From positions 4,528-68,527 of IMG/VR virus record IMGVR_UViG_2914811602_000003: 64,000 nt of DNA; one strand, 5' to 3'. Within the stretch, counting starts at the first letter, position 1; each line of letters begins with the position of its first letter. Of this stretch, positions 61,501-64,000 are shown in pieces. The notes below the pieces were generated by a model. That model did not search any database, was not told where the DNA came from, and saw only the letters and a list, made by a program, of their open reading frames with translations. The position numbers were made by a program, and so were the translations under genes. Source of the DNA: a virus. Its lineage: Duplodnaviria > Caudoviricetes.

Positions 61501-64000
61501 CGTCGTGCGCTCGGAACAGTTCGCGGAGTGGTTCGCGGATCAGACTGTGGCCTATGCCGCCCGCCAGGCGCCGCAACATGAGTCAGCCCTGGCGCAGTTC
61601 TTCCAGGACGTGGTCGACGCGCTTCGCGCCGCGTGGCGGGTGCTGCGCGCCCAGACTCAGCTCGATGAGACCTTCCGCCAGTTCCTTGAGGCGGTCAACG
61701 GGTACTACGGGGCTCAGGGCGAGTACCGGGGCTCCAGACTCCAGAATCAGGTGGCGGAGTCCCTGGCGTCGAGTGGCCGCTCTCCATTCCTGGCGCAACG
61801 TCGTCAGGATGACGCGCCGTTTCACAACATGGCGCCGGGGGAGCGACCCGGTCAGCACGACCTGAGCTTCCTCCAGCGCCGTCGCCTTGACCGGCTGCGG
61901 GAGGCGATCGACACGGCGCTGGACGACTGGAATGGCTCGCCGACCAAGGCGTCGATCGTCGATTTCGGTGGATGGCTGTCACGCAACACGTTCCAAACGC
62001 TGGCCTCCTGGTTCGACGCGCGCGGACCGATCATGAAGGAGATGGGCGCGCACTTCTACCGGCGCACGGATGCGCGGGGCAACAACCTGGGGCGTGGGGC
62101 GCCGTGGGAGACGGCCAACCGACAGGACTTCGCCCATGTCTGGAACACGATCCTGGAGCCTGCGCTTGGCCCCTTGCGCCGAGCGCCGGGACTCGTGAAC
62201 ACGCTCCTGGAGTCCGATCCGGGGCTGGAGCGCTCGCCCCTGTACGACGCTGTGCAGCAGGCGCTCATCCGCGAGACGCCACTGAACTCGATCCCGGACC
62301 CGCAGACGCGCGCGACGGTCAAGGGGTTGCGCGAGGCGCTGGAGAAGACGCGCCAGTTCCTGAACGCGGAGTACGGGCTCGACATCCAGAAGCGCGCCGA
62401 TTACTGGCCGGTCGTGGTCGACATGGTGCGGTTCCAGCGTGACAAAGACTTGATCATCCAGACGTTGCGCCGAGAGCTTGGCATGGACTGGGCGGAAGCC
62501 GAGGCTGTCTGGGAAGACACCCTGAACAGCGACGGATCGATCATCGAATTGCTCAATGGGCAGATCGTGAGTGAGACCTCCAAGATCGTCACGCCGGGTT
62601 TCGAGTGGGGGCGGTCACGGCGTTGGAGCCCGGACATCCATCGCGTGCTGCGTGACTGGCAGGTCGACGACATCGGCGGGACGCTGCACCGGTACGCCAC
62701 AGCCGCCGTCAAGCGCGGCGTGACGCAGAAGATGTTTGGCGCCGAGGTTGAGGTCCACAAGCGCGACGGGACCGTGGAGCGGCGCATGGACCCGATCAGC
62801 AAGCTCAATGTGGCACTCGCTCGGGCGCGGCACAGCGGGGAGCTGTCGGAGGCGGAGTTCAAGTTCGCCGCCGAGCAGGCGATCCCGGCGCTGTTCGGGC
62901 AGCTTGGGCTGGATGGCAACCAGGGCTGGCGGACACTCTCGTCGTGGGCCGTGACGTATCAGAACGTCCGGCTGCTGGGCTTCACGCTGTTCAGCTCGCT
63001 CGTGGACCCAGCGCTGATCCTCAACCGCAGTGACGTGCGTTCCACATGGAATGGTCTGCGGGCGATGATCCGGGCGCGGGGTATCGAGGAGGCCAAGGCT
63101 GAGCTCAAGGCGCTGGGTGCGTTGCGCTCGGACATGACCGAGGCGATCGTGAACGATCAGCTCGGCGGGATGTATATGGGCGGGGCGCCGCAACGGATCA
63201 ACGAGGCATTCTTCCGGGTGATCCAGATGCACCGTTGGACGAACATGACGCGCGTCATGGCGCTGCATACCGGGAAGGGTTTCCTCGTCGACCACGCGCA
63301 TGGCGCTCAGCACTCGGAGCTGAGCCGTCAGCGTCTGCGTGTTCTGGGGGTGACCCCTGAGCAGGTGTTGGCGTGGGAGGCGGCAGGAAAGCCTGTTGGA
63401 GACCGAGGGCACGCCGCCGTCAATGCGGCGCTCAACCAGTTCATCGATGACTCGGTGCTGCGTCCGAACGCGCCGTTGCGTGCAGCCTGGGCCTCAGATC
63501 CGCGTATGATGATGTTTGCGCATCTCAAGGGGTTTGCGTGGTCGTTCTACGAGCGGGCGCTGCGCCAGGTGTGGACCGAGAGCGTGCGACGTTGGGGTGA
63601 TGAGGTCGGCCCGTGCAAGGCGTTGGCGTTGATGCCTGCGGTGACGCTCGCTGTCCCGGCACTGGCTCTGGCGCTGCTGGGCTATGAGCTTCGTCGTGAG
63701 ATCGGGTGGTGGGGCAAGGTGCCCCCGCACATGGACAAGGATGGGTTGGATCTGCTGTGGGAACTATCGCAACGCGCTGGGTTCTACGGCCCCTTGCAGT
63801 TTATGATGGACGCCGAGCGCGCGGTGGACCAAGGGAACCGGGTGTGGCTGCTGTCGCTCCTTGGACCGCAGGTCGATCAGATTCAGGATGTCCTCAACAA
63901 CGGCTTTGAGCACGCTGACAAGAGCTTCTGGCGGGCGATCCCAGGCGGCTTGCAGCAGATGCCCGCGGCGCGGCGGTGGTTCGATCGCGAGGTCTGGTGA
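55514..64000 (+). CDS. Giant polyvalent ejection protein (2828 aa): SNase-like, SLOG-like and zincin domains
   Basis: N-terminal IDADTV...VRLVGFDAPE..QPG; central DAAKSDQATHFIG...VFVSING...YNTGERDLAAYL; AHEIGH...EQFAEWFA; helical C-terminus. Confidence 0.75.
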   Translation: MLNDDLQRFFAIDADTVREQGRDERVRLVGFDAPETRKPWRGQRGQPGADLATEETRSALEQGATIIPVGGRDATGTRSMGRMIRADGEEHSEYMIRNGLASPTQWSTQSEMDQELAGFFRRNALPEMMTDQERELAARREEALSTPAEFDLAGNIRSGGMPGGTVKRSWDRGVDNMQAMLYAFGNAVGDQLGAEGWAEDARHGLERNMMEAAVNPAKVADWDAVTWDNVGTYALEAIVENLPNMGVSLGAGLAVAASGGTAAPGVAAAGLAARQAAGKAAMRFALGSGAASYGLNAGEVQKELLEAGIDASGTALVAGIPMAALDAIGLSAMAAPLLRTSSKTAALQILEASGAKLWKEAAKGLGKGAAIGAAVEAPTEALQELILLTARAYEDPSFELFSEENIKRVREAAIKGGIAGSAVSASITTTTDSARHLSARDMARQAGVTPEMTEAQAETAIQQWREAQVARAETQVTGEQPTREVTEDETYRQAYPQDNVRPVAEYRKAEGWDEAAFGERTRIMNNHRVAATGMHRKFAERGSATEGERVALYEARTRAISEARNALNYIRQFSPEASTKEVRTLEDIIRQQEERIAAEAQLFGPVDQNRRLTELTANRASRDGASSESVHTQIMEAIPEATAEELGQFIANQKARETQYNGEARSAIRAEIAEAERYLKALRGEDAPTGDPEWDTFVEQSRAAHRAASEDSALNPEPADGRIVVEETSNEAPSAENQALTPPNSPPETTDGLQEEGQGPTPAEITHAPNESEGVAPSATAENREPGDQAATPGVTATDHSAEQAVLEPRRLERLAHITAVGVNLKPSTVARKLTPEQKTEVKAAYGETNFIRAWQKLQEEHAAQALGTENRATDNGQPVAESAEPVAEQRQPEGAPSAQRDSPVQRIKALQSRLEAARAKLGQRWAPIEALMAEGLQAGREPVDVMEEALAQARQMWREGQKQAPSTKSEHEALGLTQPQPTLSGHPAFRDKDAAKSDQATHFIGKGAEGSSTAAYQKDWAGVAPERVNQRQYPQGAKVFVSINGNHPARTPVPFSEIQPEIDAAIDAKATIIADPKADRERPYNTGERDLAAYLASRGYEDPQETGIWTPKADTEPQAPSTETEAVDPLAELARSGQIEDPRALIEVLAQDLDGAFREYMIDPKSVNAYSRLLEAARNAGYARAGLEPPQATHARTLQVQTPKRQDAAQPPSLEEAPTAAAGADSLAAEIAGFEATFEELLREHQDTEAAVLENEAHAAQDETFEERLSRERAEIERAYMEGTYPPKPVSLVVNVKPDGVKADGLMADAGVVVLIGRLLQTVTAEAGLKVQVSLARGAERQTVALDDFTWDLVNTDGWSMIDVRLEGLVEPDQTVLSDNPQAALQKLAEIFTSGANSPRNKAMLPVGDLPGVSHTQVAVNTVGIRRLGRQLRSDQHVLADETVEQAYLRDFFEGLTTLTELLGTSFKGVLSGDLVIEQKDGATTTLRDLLTNLNDQAVLYQSYVDAQRAASEALDDYLYHAGALEAEIQVLWAEIQAEQQGAKLPAQARRELTRIDQERAALEVQREQMIQEKRGHEYNARMRDLGDRVAALYRKRTLDGPTRGRLKRLHEARRALMEQIRPHRDRSKLHNVLAQELRAELQTREMLPTEAIKDLDSRDLARSADRERVSLAEWRAAEDALKTAEAELVQAREARAKASRREAVQAHRAVTQAERQINAARQALRDLAARERSYRELREAEGRAVENEDQTVETALERGTYEPGLETEERQARRSAHEGQRAARGAERQAPERGVEITVTPKLTGETRVEHRAGHRVSAILDQVLRATALRQDSATDVQVTTVDQASLETVLGQIEALGQELSAAIEAIKVGLSEPHLKPSDRARLKRMLAEREQDLAEARHTYRLLLDTRHMPNPARVIYNNGYATPSLRQPIVVLNDTIRGGKSLQETVRSIAHEIGHIIQQVYLDRMSPEVREALARAFQADRPFEGMPENVVRSEQFAEWFADQTVAYAARQAPQHESALAQFFQDVVDALRAAWRVLRAQTQLDETFRQFLEAVNGYYGAQGEYRGSRLQNQVAESLASSGRSPFLAQRRQDDAPFHNMAPGERPGQHDLSFLQRRRLDRLREAIDTALDDWNGSPTKASIVDFGGWLSRNTFQTLASWFDARGPIMKEMGAHFYRRTDARGNNLGRGAPWETANRQDFAHVWNTILEPALGPLRRAPGLVNTLLESDPGLERSPLYDAVQQALIRETPLNSIPDPQTRATVKGLREALEKTRQFLNAEYGLDIQKRADYWPVVVDMVRFQRDKDLIIQTLRRELGMDWAEAEAVWEDTLNSDGSIIELLNGQIVSETSKIVTPGFEWGRSRRWSPDIHRVLRDWQVDDIGGTLHRYATAAVKRGVTQKMFGAEVEVHKRDGTVERRMDPISKLNVALARARHSGELSEAEFKFAAEQAIPALFGQLGLDGNQGWRTLSSWAVTYQNVRLLGFTLFSSLVDPALILNRSDVRSTWNGLRAMIRARGIEEAKAELKALGALRSDMTEAIVNDQLGGMYMGGAPQRINEAFFRVIQMHRWTNMTRVMALHTGKGFLVDHAHGAQHSELSRQRLRVLGVTPEQVLAWEAAGKPVGDRGHAAVNAALNQFIDDSVLRPNAPLRAAWASDPRMMMFAHLKGFAWSFYERALRQVWTESVRRWGDEVGPCKALALMPAVTLAVPALALALLGYELRREIGWWGKVPPHMDKDGLDLLWELSQRAGFYGPLQFMMDAERAVDQGNRVWLLSLLGPQVDQIQDVLNNGFEHADKSFWRAIPGGLQQMPAARRWFDREVW

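Larger units (their letters stand above)
1..64000. mobile_element. Tailed phage or prophage segment (podovirus-like), both ends outside the window
   Basis: Divergent arms: replication genes on minus (1-31.4 kb) and terminase-portal-scaffold-capsid-tail-lysis-ejection genes on plus (31.7-64 kb). No integrase seen, so integration state is unknown. Confidence 0.93.

Noticed and set aside
1-64000. Integrase/att sites, tRNA genes, phage RNA polymerase
   Set aside because: None recognisable. They may lie outside the window, so lifestyle and an N4-like classification cannot be settled from the capsid family alone.

Overview
The whole window reads as one GC-rich tailed-phage genome segment with a podovirus-like layout: P22-type portal, N4-gp56-type capsid, tail-tubular protein and large ejection proteins. 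No integrase, att site, tRNA, rRNA or CRISPR array is recognisable. The left arm (1-15.7 kb, minus strand) holds the replication and nucleotide genes: SNF2 helicase (cut by the window edge), PD-(D/E)XK nuclease, ArdA, primase-SF3 helicase, dATP/dGTP diphosphohydrolase, dCTP deaminase, DEDD exonuclease and family A DNA polymerase. Embedded among them is an apparently complete ubiquitin-like conjugation set: an E2 with HPH...C, a JAB/JAMM peptidase, a ThiF E1 and two tandem Ubl paralogues that lack a C-terminal Gly. This is the standout finding. From about 16 to 26.4 kb lies a foreign-looking defence island. It contains a type I RM system in R-S-[relBE]-M order with a frameshifted relE, a UDG-superfamily protein, and an OLD-like ATPase-TOPRIM protein; the last two carry integron-cassette-like ends. 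From 26.5 to 31.4 kb are small early genes, more TA modules and an AT-rich GTTAC-repeat region. From 31.7 to 64 kb (plus strand) are packaging, head, tail, lysis and ejection genes. These include a hidden 53-aa NrdD glycyl-radical peptide and a 2828-aa polyvalent protein. All assignments come from motif recognition by eye; no database searches were run.
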